From IMG/VR virus record IMGVR_UViG_3300005529_000001, positions 144,882-208,881 of that record: 64,000 bases of DNA; one strand, 5' to 3'. A program made the position numbers and the translations under genes. This document shows, one piece after another, positions 17,235-25,961 of the stretch (positions are counted from its first letter, which is position 1; every line of letters starts with the position of its first letter). The stretch comes from a virus. The notes below the pieces were generated by a model that saw only the letters and a program-made list of their open reading frames with translations, did not search any database and was not told the DNA's origin.

Positions 17235-18323
17235 TCACAGCGACTTGATCTTGCTGATCGTCTGCTGGTAATCTTGCGCGATCGGAGAGTTTCCAAACTT
17301 CTTCGCTTGTTGTTGCAAGCTCTTGACGTAAAAAGCCTTCATCGACTTCTTGACGCCAACTAGCAGCTGCTGTTCTGCAGCTCGACGAGCGTTTGGCTCG
17401 ATCTGGGCCAACTTCTCTGCACCCTTGATTCGCTTGCCCAGCTTTTGTTGCAAGTCTTGGACCGAGTTCGCTTTCAACACTGCTTGCGCTTGCTTGTAGA
17501 CTTGCGTTAGGGGCGTCCTGATGAGTTGCTGCGCCTGCTGTCGCATCTTACGACCCAACTGGCTGTCGTTGACAGCAGCGATCAGTTTCGGGTTGTTGAG
17601 CATCTGGTCGCCGCTGGCTTGCTGTTTATCCGCATCTTCACGGATGACGCCCTCCATGTGCCCACCAAAGCCCATGTCGCCGTAGCCGCCGAGGTCATAG
17701 CCCCCACCACCTCCCATTGCCTTGTTGAGGTTCTTGTCATCCTTGCGATGGGGACCCTCTTCACCGCCCAGCTCTTTCTTGAGACGATCGAGGTAACCGT
17801 CAATGGTTCCTCCAGTGAGCGTGCTCAGCAGGCCGATCGCTGCACCTGGCGCTTTCTTTGCAAGCGAACCGATGATGAACTTGGCGGGGTCATACATGAA
17901 TGACAAGAACAAGAAATCTTCGTCCTTGAAGGCGTCCCAGTTCGCTTGGTAAACCTCAGCGTACTCCTGACGGATCTTGTCGATGTTCTCTTTTTCTTTC
18001 TGGAAGATCTCGTTGTACGAGTCTGTCAGGACCGGGATCAGAGTCGTAGCGATGGTCTCAAAAGCGACCCTAACGAGGGTCTGCGCTTTCTGGGACAGCT
18101 CTTTGGTCTTGCCCGCCGCAGTCTGGACTACGTCAACGAAGGGCCGAACGAAGATGTTGTAGAGCTGGTCGTTGGAGCCGAACGAGACTCCCCAGGGAGA
18201 GTTCGTGGCATCCCACATGGCCAGGTCATAGTAGGTGGAATCTCCACCAAACCCACCATCGTCCTCTTGTAGGACCTCTTGGACAAACTCCTTGAGAAGG
18301 ACCTTTTCAGCTAGACGCCCCAT
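17235..18323 (-). CDS. Hypothetical Gly-rich protein (possible virion component)
   Basis: 362 aa. N-terminus MGRLAEKVLLKEFVQEVLQE is T4 capsid-targeting-sequence-like. GGGGGYDLGGYGDMGFGG stretch. CCTATTTAGGGTGG immediately upstream. Confidence 0.4.
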   Translation of the reverse strand: MGRLAEKVLLKEFVQEVLQEDDGGFGGDSTYYDLAMWDATNSPWGVSFGSNDQLYNIFVRPFVDVVQTAAGKTKELSQKAQTLVRVAFETIATTLIPVLTDSYNEIFQKEKENIDKIRQEYAEVYQANWDAFKDEDFLFLSFMYDPAKFIIGSLAKKAPGAAIGLLSTLTGGTIDGYLDRLKKELGGEEGPHRKDDKNLNKAMGGGGGYDLGGYGDMGFGGHMEGVIREDADKQQASGDQMLNNPKLIAAVNDSQLGRKMRQQAQQLIRTPLTQVYKQAQAVLKANSVQDLQQKLGKRIKGAEKLAQIEPNARRAAEQQLLVGVKKSMKAFYVKSLQQQAKKFGNSPIAQDYQQTISKIKSL

Positions 18324-18338
18324 CCACCCTAAATAGGC
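18324..18338 (-). promoter_or_regulatory. CCTATTTAGGGTGG start-proximal motif upstream of 17235-18323
   Basis: Minus-sense gagCCTATTTAGGGTGGATG. Confidence 0.3.
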
Positions 18339-18800
18339 TCACAGAGGCCTAGCGACGTTCCCGTTCTCCAAGTGCTTGAACAGGGCTTCTACGCCCGTCG
18401 CGACCAGTGGACGCTGGTAGACGTGGATCGTTGGGAGCTCCCCCACGTCGAACCACCGAGCGTCGGCAACCTCGCTGTCGGGATCATCGTGCCGCGGGTC
18501 ATCACTGCCCACCACGGTGCATAACCAGGAGACAACTGTCTTGTCTTCGTTTTGCGTCAAGCAGCCCACGTCGGGCAGCTTCATCCCAAGGACGACTTGG
18601 ACACCAGCTTCCTCACGAACTTCACGAATTGCGCACTCTTCCTGAGTCTCTCCCGGGTGCATGTGCCCCTTCGGGATTCCCCATGAGTCCTTGTGAGCAA
18701 ACTGCTTGATCAGGAGCACCTCGATCCGTCCGTCGCGCTGTCGCCAGGGCAGCCCGCCGCAGGACATTGACTTCCTACGTTCCTTGTTCTCTGTCTTCAT
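18339..18800 (-). CDS. NUDIX hydrolase
   Basis: Nudix box GIPKGHMHPGETQEECAIREVREEAGV. Sits directly downstream of the HxGH nucleotidyltransferase gene. Confidence 0.7.
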   Translation of the reverse strand: MKTENKERRKSMSCGGLPWRQRDGRIEVLLIKQFAHKDSWGIPKGHMHPGETQEECAIREVREEAGVQVVLGMKLPDVGCLTQNEDKTVVSWLCTVVGSDDPRHDDPDSEVADARWFDVGELPTIHVYQRPLVATGVEALFKHLENGNVARPL

Positions 18801-18821
18801 GCTACCACTGTAACCCAGGCT

Positions 18822-20492
18822 TCAGCTCGTTGACACACCGCCCAAGAGAAGCGCCCAAACGGCTTCACCATCAATGCTGTTGGGTAGGTTCTTGACGAAT
18901 TGAGCCTTGTCACCGTTAGCGAGCCAATGGCGCATCTGGGTACCAGACACATCTACTGTGGAAGAACGCTCAATTGCTCTTGTCTTGATCTGTCCGTTAG
19001 CAACCAAAGTACCAGCATACTTGGGCAGGGTATCAAACCTGTTGGCGTCGCTGGGGTCTGAATAGATGCTGAAGATGTCACGGCTGGAGTCGTCGTTAGC
19101 GTGACCCAGGAGCTCGAAGACCTTGCCCACTGGCGAGCCCCCGTATACGACAGCAACGTTGTCAGGTAGCGAGGGTACGATCTGCTCTTGCCAGATTCGC
19201 TCCATTGCTTTGCCGCTGATGTTGTCACGATCTGATAGCGACACAAAGACAGTGACCCTATCGTTTTCCTGTGCAGCCAGTCGGATGATAGCATCATGAC
19301 CCGCATGGTAAGGTTTGTATGCACCAGGAACGAGACCGATCTTCATGGGTGTTACCATCGATGCAGGCTGGAAGTATTTGAAGTGCGCATCGCCTTTAGA
19401 CATGTTGAGAAACTTCACTGTCTTGTCATAGTCGGCTTTTGGGATAACGAGGTATTGGGTGGGTCTATCCACGGGACGCACCAGGAAGATGTAATCAGTG
19501 AAGAAACTCTCGCTGCCCTTCATCGTGTGGCTGACATACCTGCAGAAATGGTAGATGCCTTCCGGATCTCGGATCATCTGGTCTTCGCGGTACAGGCTCG
19601 GCGTGCCGTTCCAATCAAGGTGATTAAGGATCTCAATCACGGAATAAAACTCTTGCCAGTCACCGAGGTGCATGTTGCCATACTCAAGGCTGGCATTGAC
19701 ATTGTTGAGCAACCTGACAACCCACTCAAGTTTTCGAACCTCTTGGTCAGACAGTCGCTTGCCTGCTTTCTTGATCAGATCAGGCATAATGTCGATGATC
19801 CGTTCAATTCGGCGTCGGACACGGTTGATGTTTCGCCGAGAGTGAGCTCCCCCGCGGAAGGTGTTGTCGTCAGTTGCTTTGGTTTCCGCAGTCTCTCCGC
19901 CAGGTAATGCATGGTCGCACCGGCCACCCTTGGGAGGAATTGCACCCATCAACGCATTGATCTCGTTCTCCCCAGGACCCTTGCCTCGTGCGTACTTGAC
20001 ATCAGCAGTCACGGGTGGCAGGTGCAACCAGGTATGAAACGCTGGAAACTGGAACTTGGGACCGTCTGGGAAGACGATGGGAGGCAGCGCGGGTCGGACA
20101 CGACAAGTGAACTCTTCTGGGATCTCTCCCAACTCAATGGCAAGGTCTCGTGCTAATTGCCTGTCTTCGGCGATGTACTTGGGCTCAACGGGATAACGCC
20201 GGAGGTTCCGTAGCTTGGCTGCGGTATTGCACTTAGCTTTGTCACGTTCCCACCGTTCTTTTTCAGCTGCTAGAAACTGGTCGAACGTCTCCAACTTGGA
20301 GCTGACATCAACCAGTCGATCGAACGTGGCGACACGTTGTAGCTCGATGGTGGTCGGGTCTTCCAGTTCACGGAGAGGTTGGACCCGATCGCGGATGCTC
20401 TCAAGCAGCATGCTCAACTCTACACAACATGTGAAGCTAAGTTCAGCCGCCAGCGAGTGCGTCGATATACTCGAGAGCCTTCTCGGGCTCAT
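18822..20492 (-). CDS. Two-domain protein: unknown N-terminal region plus C-terminal HxGH-motif nucleotidyltransferase (NMN/NaMN adenylyltransferase- or cytidylyltransferase-like)
   Basis: C-terminal GLVPGAYKPYHAGHDAII (HxGH) then VTVFVSLSDRD, typical of the NadD/NMNAT/CTase Rossmann family. The true start may be the internal Met at about 20411 (MLLESIRDRVQPL), which avoids overlap with 20443-21258. Confidence 0.5.
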   Translation of the reverse strand: MSPRRLSSISTHSLAAELSFTCCVELSMLLESIRDRVQPLRELEDPTTIELQRVATFDRLVDVSSKLETFDQFLAAEKERWERDKAKCNTAAKLRNLRRYPVEPKYIAEDRQLARDLAIELGEIPEEFTCRVRPALPPIVFPDGPKFQFPAFHTWLHLPPVTADVKYARGKGPGENEINALMGAIPPKGGRCDHALPGGETAETKATDDNTFRGGAHSRRNINRVRRRIERIIDIMPDLIKKAGKRLSDQEVRKLEWVVRLLNNVNASLEYGNMHLGDWQEFYSVIEILNHLDWNGTPSLYREDQMIRDPEGIYHFCRYVSHTMKGSESFFTDYIFLVRPVDRPTQYLVIPKADYDKTVKFLNMSKGDAHFKYFQPASMVTPMKIGLVPGAYKPYHAGHDAIIRLAAQENDRVTVFVSLSDRDNISGKAMERIWQEQIVPSLPDNVAVVYGGSPVGKVFELLGHANDDSSRDIFSIYSDPSDANRFDTLPKYAGTLVANGQIKTRAIERSSTVDVSGTQMRHWLANGDKAQFVKNLPNSIDGEAVWALLLGGVSTS

Positions 20493-21258
20493 CTCCCAAC
20501 AAGCGAGGTGTCTTCGTCACAAGCTCACGCATCTCACTGGCAAACGTCAGCATGATTTGTGGACCAAGCTTCTTCCAACGTGACCGGAACAGCGCGACAA
20601 CGACGCCCTCAAACGTCCGTGTGTCCTGGGCTGACGCTTTCTTGCCAAACACCTTGTGAACGATGGTGTCCGGGTCGCTGCTGACGCGGAAACGACAATT
20701 AGTTTTCCAGTCTTTCAGGACCCGCCCGTTCTTTCCCCTTTTCGTCTGCTTGACTTCAAACAGTCCCATGTCAAAGTCAATGCACCACCTGTAACGTTCA
20801 AGGGGAGAGACGCTGGGCCACTTCTCTTCTGAGGCAAAACGGGTTATGACGTTTAGCAACACGTTCCGAGCCACGTTCTTGACGTGGCTGTAATCTGGGT
20901 GCTTTGGGTCTTCTGATGTGCCTGCTCGGGCCCACCGAAGGTATGTTGGATCACCCAGCATGATGTCGACTTGATATCCAGGGTCTTCTGCACCGTAACA
21001 CACAGACACGATGTTGCCACCGACCCGACGGGTGTTATGCTTGCCGAAGTGCTGGGCGATGGCTTCATACGCTTCTTCAGGGGTTCCCTTAAACTTGCAA
21101 GCAACATCGATGTCGCCCATCAGCTGCTTCTTGCCAGTGGTACCGATTGGCTCTGGATCTGTCAAACCTGCCATCGCTAGATCACGTTGCAGCTGCGGCC
21201 ACTCCCTCTCAAACATCTCAAGGGTGATGGGTTCGATGGTGTCAAACCTGTTACACAT
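20443..21258 (-). CDS. Pol-beta-superfamily-like nucleotidyltransferase candidate
   Basis: GKKQLMGDIDVACKF fits the minimal nucleotidyltransferase G[GS]x9-13DxD pattern. The start is set at the internal ATG (MCNRFD) with a GGAG SD. The 105-aa upstream extension is R/S-rich and overlaps the neighbour. Confidence 0.35.
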   Translation of the reverse strand: MCNRFDTIEPITLEMFEREWPQLQRDLAMAGLTDPEPIGTTGKKQLMGDIDVACKFKGTPEEAYEAIAQHFGKHNTRRVGGNIVSVCYGAEDPGYQVDIMLGDPTYLRWARAGTSEDPKHPDYSHVKNVARNVLLNVITRFASEEKWPSVSPLERYRWCIDFDMGLFEVKQTKRGKNGRVLKDWKTNCRFRVSSDPDTIVHKVFGKKASAQDTRTFEGVVVALFRSRWKKLGPQIMLTFASEMRELVTKTPRLLGDEPEKALEYIDALAGG

Positions 21259-22471
21259 GCTGCATCTCCATCTTCGGGATGTCCTTGCGACCGAACTTGA
21301 ACAGCGCCATGATCTGGTGAGCGGGAGCAAAAGCTCCTGTGAACTTGTATGCTTGGCCCTTGTAGAAGAAGACGATTCCCTCCATCGCCGCGGCCAGGTT
21401 CTCGACGCTGCCCAGGCGTGACATCTCCTTCCGCAGGACTGCCATGGCTGCCTGGTGCCCGCTAGCCTGGATTGTCTCGATGGCTCGAGCGAGGTATGCC
21501 TGCAGCCTCGCAACCTCTGCGTCGGATCGGGAAATGAGTGACGATGGCAAGCCCCGCAACACTTCAATGGCAAACGCGTGGATCGTCTTCTCGATAGGTG
21601 CCAAGTACTTGGGCTTCAGCACCTCGTCGCTATGCCGGACAAAGACCTGGATCTTCTCGTGGAGTTCCTTGGGAGCGACACGCTTGATAGTGATGACAGT
21701 GGGCGCCCCGGGCCTGCCCACCACACGTTCTAACGTCATCTTGGCAACGACGCCGGGTAAGTCGAGAGCCCTGACATCAAGTTCCAGACGTTTGTTGAGA
21801 TAGTCGTAGATACTGGCGCCTTCGGTAACGCCGGCAACGACCATCGCCGCTTCAAATTGCCAGAACGCCTTGTTCACGACCGAGAAAGGTAGCGTCTTGA
21901 GCTTCAAGCCGACAGGGCCACGGACATGCCAGTCCTTGACGGTCACCGCCTGCTGCATCCTGTCCAGCTGGCTGAGCATCAGCTCCAAACCACGGTTGTC
22001 GTCAACCTGCGTGAACTCGTCACCGGTTGCCTGATAGATGGGCCAGCTATGGAAAACGACGCTGTTGGAGTCGTATGTGATGACGTTGGGGTCAGCCGCG
22101 TAGATGATCTCCATCGAGTACCAGCGGTGACCGCCCTTGAAGATCCACTGACGTTGCCTGTCGCTCAGCGAGTTCAGAGCTTGGGTCAACACCTTGAAGG
22201 CATCGTTGAACGCGGTCTCGACGTTGCCCCTGCCAAAGAACTTCTTGGCCAACGCTGCAGCGTCCATGCCCCCGCTCCTGATGTCATTGGGATTTCGGGC
22301 GACCCTGAGCACCTCACCGTCACAGGTGAAGACGAGGTTCATCCCATCAAGCTTCTCGGTGACCCCCTCGAGTTTTCCAGCTGCCGCAGAGGCAAGCACT
22401 TCCTTGATCTCGCCAAAGGTGAGACCTAGGTTCTCGTAGAGGTGTTGGAGATGGCCTGCTGCGCCACCCAT
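21251..22471 (-). CDS. ATP-dependent polynucleotide ligase-like protein (probable RNA ligase; KxDG adenylyltransferase)
   Basis: EKLDGMN matches the covalent nucleotidyltransferase motif I (KxDG[ILMV]). 406 aa. Overlaps the downstream gene by 8 nt. Confidence 0.5.
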   Translation of the reverse strand: MGGAAGHLQHLYENLGLTFGEIKEVLASAAAGKLEGVTEKLDGMNLVFTCDGEVLRVARNPNDIRSGGMDAAALAKKFFGRGNVETAFNDAFKVLTQALNSLSDRQRQWIFKGGHRWYSMEIIYAADPNVITYDSNSVVFHSWPIYQATGDEFTQVDDNRGLELMLSQLDRMQQAVTVKDWHVRGPVGLKLKTLPFSVVNKAFWQFEAAMVVAGVTEGASIYDYLNKRLELDVRALDLPGVVAKMTLERVVGRPGAPTVITIKRVAPKELHEKIQVFVRHSDEVLKPKYLAPIEKTIHAFAIEVLRGLPSSLISRSDAEVARLQAYLARAIETIQASGHQAAMAVLRKEMSRLGSVENLAAAMEGIVFFYKGQAYKFTGAFAPAHQIMALFKFGRKDIPKMEMQHV

Positions 22472-22475
22472 GGCA

Positions 22476-22769
22476 CTACCTCGAATCGGTGCTGGTTGGT
22501 GCGGGGTTGTCGACCTTGCCCGAGCGCTTCGCTGATGACAGCTCGCTCTTCAAGCGTCCGATCAGACGTGAGTAGTTAGCCCGCGCTTCGCTACCACGCT
22601 TCTGTTTGCTACGAAAGTGCATCAGTTCCTCGATGCGGCGTTCCAGGTCGCGGATGTGCTTGGTGGATCCGTGCTTCACCCGAGAGCCGTCACTGACGTC
22701 AGCTTCCCTGACTTTTCTTTCGACGACGAGTTCGACGAACTCTTTCAGGGTTTTCTTCGGGCTTGGCAT
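22476..22769 (-). CDS. Hypothetical protein
   Basis: 97 aa. N-terminus KTLKEFVELVVE resembles the T4 CTS (KTYQEFIAEA). Overlaps 22699-23022. Confidence 0.3.
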   Translation of the reverse strand: MPSPKKTLKEFVELVVERKVREADVSDGSRVKHGSTKHIRDLERRIEELMHFRSKQKRGSEARANYSRLIGRLKSELSSAKRSGKVDNPAPTSTDSR

Positions 22770-23022
22770 CCTGCTTCATCTCCCGCTCGGCCTTGTCAAC
22801 AGCGCCGTTGAGGCTACCCCATACATACATCCGAACGTGGTCGTCATCCAGGGTCTGGTCACCCGTGAGCCCATAGTGCTGGCGCAGCTTGGCGATGAAC
22901 TGGGGTGACATTTCAACCTCCAGCACGCCGCCTTGGGGCAAGGTGATGCTGCGTTTTTCAGCGACCTTGTCAGGCGGGAGTTGGGGGTGGTTGCTCATGT
23001 GGGAACAGTAACCCATTCCCAA
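22699..23022 (-). CDS. Hypothetical protein
   Basis: 107-aa ORF. The basic C-terminus overlaps 22476-22769 by 71 nt, so one of the two may be mis-called. Confidence 0.3.
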   Translation of the reverse strand: MGMGYCSHMSNHPQLPPDKVAEKRSITLPQGGVLEVEMSPQFIAKLRQHYGLTGDQTLDDDHVRMYVWGSLNGAVDKAEREMKQDAKPEENPERVRRTRRRKKSQGS

Positions 23023-23031
23023 ACAAGTGTT

Positions 23032-23811
23032 TCACTTACGTCTTTTCGGGACGATGGGTGAGGGCGGTGTGGTGTCTTCCTCGGCTCCCGCACCAGCCGG
23101 TGCAGGACCGCCAGCGGGTGCAGCGGGTTTCGGTGATGCCTTGCTGGTCTCGCCGGGCCCCTTGATGACATTGGGCTTCTTCTGGATCGTCTTGGGCTCG
23201 TTGCCCTTTTCCATGTTGACGTCAGCGGGTTGTGCGTCAGGCGAGACAGCGGCTTGGCCGGGCACCTCTCCTGTCACGATCTGGCTGATCCCCTGGAGGA
23301 ATGACATCAGGGCCACGCGCTCGGGCTTCTTCAGCTTGGCAACGTAAGTGTCGATAGCTTGTGAGACTGCGCTGTCCTTGAAGGACTTGCCGCTGCGGAT
23401 CGAGTTCAGCTTCTCGACGATGTCCTTGACACTGATGTCGCCACGCTTCAGCTTATCAGCGGTGTCATCAGCGGGCTCGACCTGGTCATCCTTGTCAGGC
23501 ATGTTGTCGGGCATCGGGCTCTCTGCATCCTCGGCGCCGCCACCCGCCATCGCATCATCCCCACCAGCGTCACCGCCCCCGCCGTCGAACAGGCTGTCAA
23601 CGTCACCGCCCAAGTCCGGTTCTGAAGCAGGCTCATCAGGCTTGCCCGCCACAGAGCTAGCTGTCTTCAGCTGCTTCTCCTTCTCAGTCAACGCTTTGTG
23701 CGCCAACGAGCTCTTGTAACCCGTCTCAAAGACGTGGCCCAGGTATGCTCGCAACGACTTTCCGCTGTCGATCTTCACCGTACGTTCGTCTGACATCACC
23801 GGCCTCCCCAT
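23032..23811 (-). CDS. Acidic low-complexity (D/G/A-rich) protein
   Basis: 259 aa. Long GGDVDSLFDGGGGDAGGDDAMAGGGAEDAE region and a Pro/Ala-rich C-terminus. Confidence 0.4.
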   Translation of the reverse strand: MGRPVMSDERTVKIDSGKSLRAYLGHVFETGYKSSLAHKALTEKEKQLKTASSVAGKPDEPASEPDLGGDVDSLFDGGGGDAGGDDAMAGGGAEDAESPMPDNMPDKDDQVEPADDTADKLKRGDISVKDIVEKLNSIRSGKSFKDSAVSQAIDTYVAKLKKPERVALMSFLQGISQIVTGEVPGQAAVSPDAQPADVNMEKGNEPKTIQKKPNVIKGPGETSKASPKPAAPAGGPAPAGAGAEEDTTPPSPIVPKRRK

Positions 23812-24176
23812 CGTGTCTTGTTCATCGGACGGTCCTGGATGCGAGCCGCGCGCCGGCGTTGCGGGTTGTCCTCGGTCTTGCGATCGATCTTCTGGCGCTG
23901 GTGTTCATCAACAACGATGCGGTCCATGAACTTGTCGAACTCCGTCACCTTGTTTTCGAATTGCCTCTCACCTGGCGGCAAGAAAGACTTTGAAAGATCG
24001 TAGTCTTCGTCCCTATCGACATGACCGCCTTCCTCTTCTGGGCAGCCCATGCCTGGGATGCACGGGCCATCGTGGCCGTCACGGCCCCCGCAACCATAGC
24101 AGATCGCTTCGTCAGGAAGCTCCATGTCGAGGTCTTCGGGACCCTCTAATCCTGTGCGTGGTGCCATACCGGGCAT
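23796..24176 (-). CDS. Hypothetical Cys-rich protein
   Basis: 126 aa. CYGCGGRDGHDGPCIPGMGC metal-binding-like cluster. Confidence 0.35.
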   Translation of the reverse strand: MPGMAPRTGLEGPEDLDMELPDEAICYGCGGRDGHDGPCIPGMGCPEEEGGHVDRDEDYDLSKSFLPPGERQFENKVTEFDKFMDRIVVDEHQRQKIDRKTEDNPQRRRAARIQDRPMNKTRWGGR

Positions 24177-24208
24177 GATCTTCTCCTGTGATAACTAGGA
24201 GGTTCGAG

Positions 24209-24631
24209 TCACCGTGCGGGGCGCTTGAGACCAAGGCCCAGGACGCACAGACCGTTCCTGACGTCCAGATGGTCCATCCGTGCCGCCTTGATCAGGAAGG
24301 GACCCGGAGCCTTGATGACACGATCGCCATAGTGCAGCTCGTAACCCTGGAAGACAAGCTGTGCCGCTGACACGACATTGAATGCGTCTTCGAGCGTTAC
24401 CTTGAACTCTAGCTCGGGTTCGACATCGAACAGGACTGACTGCAGGTGACCGACAACCGCGGTGCCCTTGCCCGAACCAAATTGGATGTTCGCCACGACG
24501 GTGACAACGGAACCCTCGAGCTGGTCAGCTGCTTGGACGATCGCCTCGTCTTCTAGCTCCGCAGGGACCTGGCCCCTGAGGACCTCGCTCATCAGGACTT
24601 TAGACGTCTCCGGTTGGATCCTCGTCTCCAT
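24209..24631 (-). CDS. Hypothetical protein
   Basis: 140-aa ORF. TAGGAGG SD upstream. Confidence 0.35.
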   Translation of the reverse strand: METRIQPETSKVLMSEVLRGQVPAELEDEAIVQAADQLEGSVVTVVANIQFGSGKGTAVVGHLQSVLFDVEPELEFKVTLEDAFNVVSAAQLVFQGYELHYGDRVIKAPGPFLIKAARMDHLDVRNGLCVLGLGLKRPAR

Positions 24632-25016
24632 CCTCGAATCCTACAACAACGTTGGGCCTGGAGACGAGGTCTTTGAAGACACAGTCAGCAAACCGAGCGT
24701 ATTCCTTGTCTAGCTCGGTCACGCGTTCAGCGGTCTTGGTCTGCACCCTGAGGCTCACTTCGCCCTCATCGATCCTGATCTGCGCGTTGTGCTGGACATC
24801 ACGCTCGTGGGCTAACAATGCGATGACAAACTGGTCACGTTGGTCGCCCTCGCGGAACGTGTAGGTCTTGTAGAGGGCGCCGTCAGCTTCGTGCCACCTG
24901 TCCATCGGGATGATGGGCGCTTGGGGCGTACGCGCTCTGATGGGCAAGCCACCGAGCTGCATCGGGCGCTGCGCTCGTTGGATGAACTGTTCGTTGAGTT
25001 GCGTTAGCTTGGTCAT
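24600..25016 (-). CDS. Hypothetical protein
   Basis: 138-aa ORF. N-terminus MTKLTQLNEQFIQRA. Confidence 0.35.
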   Translation of the reverse strand: MTKLTQLNEQFIQRAQRPMQLGGLPIRARTPQAPIIPMDRWHEADGALYKTYTFREGDQRDQFVIALLAHERDVQHNAQIRIDEGEVSLRVQTKTAERVTELDKEYARFADCVFKDLVSRPNVVVGFEDGDEDPTGDV

Positions 25017-25564
25017 CAGTTCTTTTGTGAGCCGGGCTCGTCTTCTGGGTATGTGTTATCAATTGTACCCTCTTGCCAGTGTTCTCGGACAGTCATTGAC
25101 GTGTCTGTAACGATCCACGCGCCAGGCGAGCTTGGAATGAAAACGGCGAGGATGACTTTGTCCCCTGGCTTGAAACGCGTCTTTTTGATGGGCTGGAATC
25201 CGGTGGGATCCATGTCAGCCGCGAGATCAGGGTAGCTGATCATAACGCTTGACCCGGCATCGTAGCTGTCACCAAACGCATGTTCGACTGTCGTTATTGC
25301 GGTACCCTTGATGAGGGGATCGCCGGCGGGCAAGACGATTGGGCACCCGTCAGCTTCACCAGGATCATTTTCAATCTCCTGCTTGTCAGTGATGTGCGTG
25401 CCAAGCAACGTTGCCATCTGCTGGGCGGCAGCATGGCACGCTTGTTCGTTGCCTTTGACAAACCAAGCACAAAGATCACCTTCCCAGTCAAACATGCACG
25501 TCATGAACTGGCCTTTTGCGGCTTCCGCAATCAGAGCACGAAGTTGTCTTAGAGTAGTTTTCAT
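25016..25564 (-). CDS. MKTT-family protein (candidate virion-packaged/ejected protein with CTS-like propeptide)
   Basis: N-terminus MKTTLRQLRALIAEAAKG. Paralogous N-terminus and near-identical upstream region to 25572-25961. Confidence 0.5.
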   Translation of the reverse strand: MKTTLRQLRALIAEAAKGQFMTCMFDWEGDLCAWFVKGNEQACHAAAQQMATLLGTHITDKQEIENDPGEADGCPIVLPAGDPLIKGTAITTVEHAFGDSYDAGSSVMISYPDLAADMDPTGFQPIKKTRFKPGDKVILAVFIPSSPGAWIVTDTSMTVREHWQEGTIDNTYPEDEPGSQKN

Positions 25565-25571
25565 CCCAACA

Positions 25572-25961
25572 TCACATCTCCCACTCGTCGCCCGTCCATT
25601 TCATGTCGCTGCCACCGCCAGCGAGATTCGCGACGGCTTCATCGTCATAGAAGTGAAGAACGTATCCGGGGAAATCGGACAATGCATTTTCATAGTATGG
25701 GCTATCAAAATCACCGAACGCTTGCAACGACCAACGGCACTGATCAGGTGAAAGCAACCCAGGCTCTTGTGGGTCCCAATCTCCCGTCTCTTTGGCGGCT
25801 TCTACGTTATCTTTGTAGAGTTCCAGTGCAGAAGCCCATGCTTCAGGAAAGAACTGCATGACCTGGTCAATTGACAATGGCACGGTATGCTGACCGCTAC
25901 TAATGTCTGGCTTGAGGGCTTCTTGAATCAGCTTCTTGAGCTTACCGATTGTTGTTTTCAT
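25572..25961 (-). CDS. MKTT-family protein (candidate virion-packaged/ejected protein with CTS-like propeptide)
   Basis: N-terminus MKTTIGKLKKLIQEALKPD. GGAG SD. Tandem with 25016-25564. Confidence 0.5.
   Translation of the reverse strand: MKTTIGKLKKLIQEALKPDISSGQHTVPLSIDQVMQFFPEAWASALELYKDNVEAAKETGDWDPQEPGLLSPDQCRWSLQAFGDFDSPYYENALSDFPGYVLHFYDDEAVANLAGGGSDMKWTGDEWEM

Noticed and set aside
20443-21573. Full-length 376-aa version of ORF 20443-21573
   Set aside because: The first 105 residues are R/S/C-rich low-complexity and overlap the upstream ligase-like gene in another frame. An internal ATG with a GGAG SD at 21258 gives a compact protein starting 8 nt inside the upstream gene's end.
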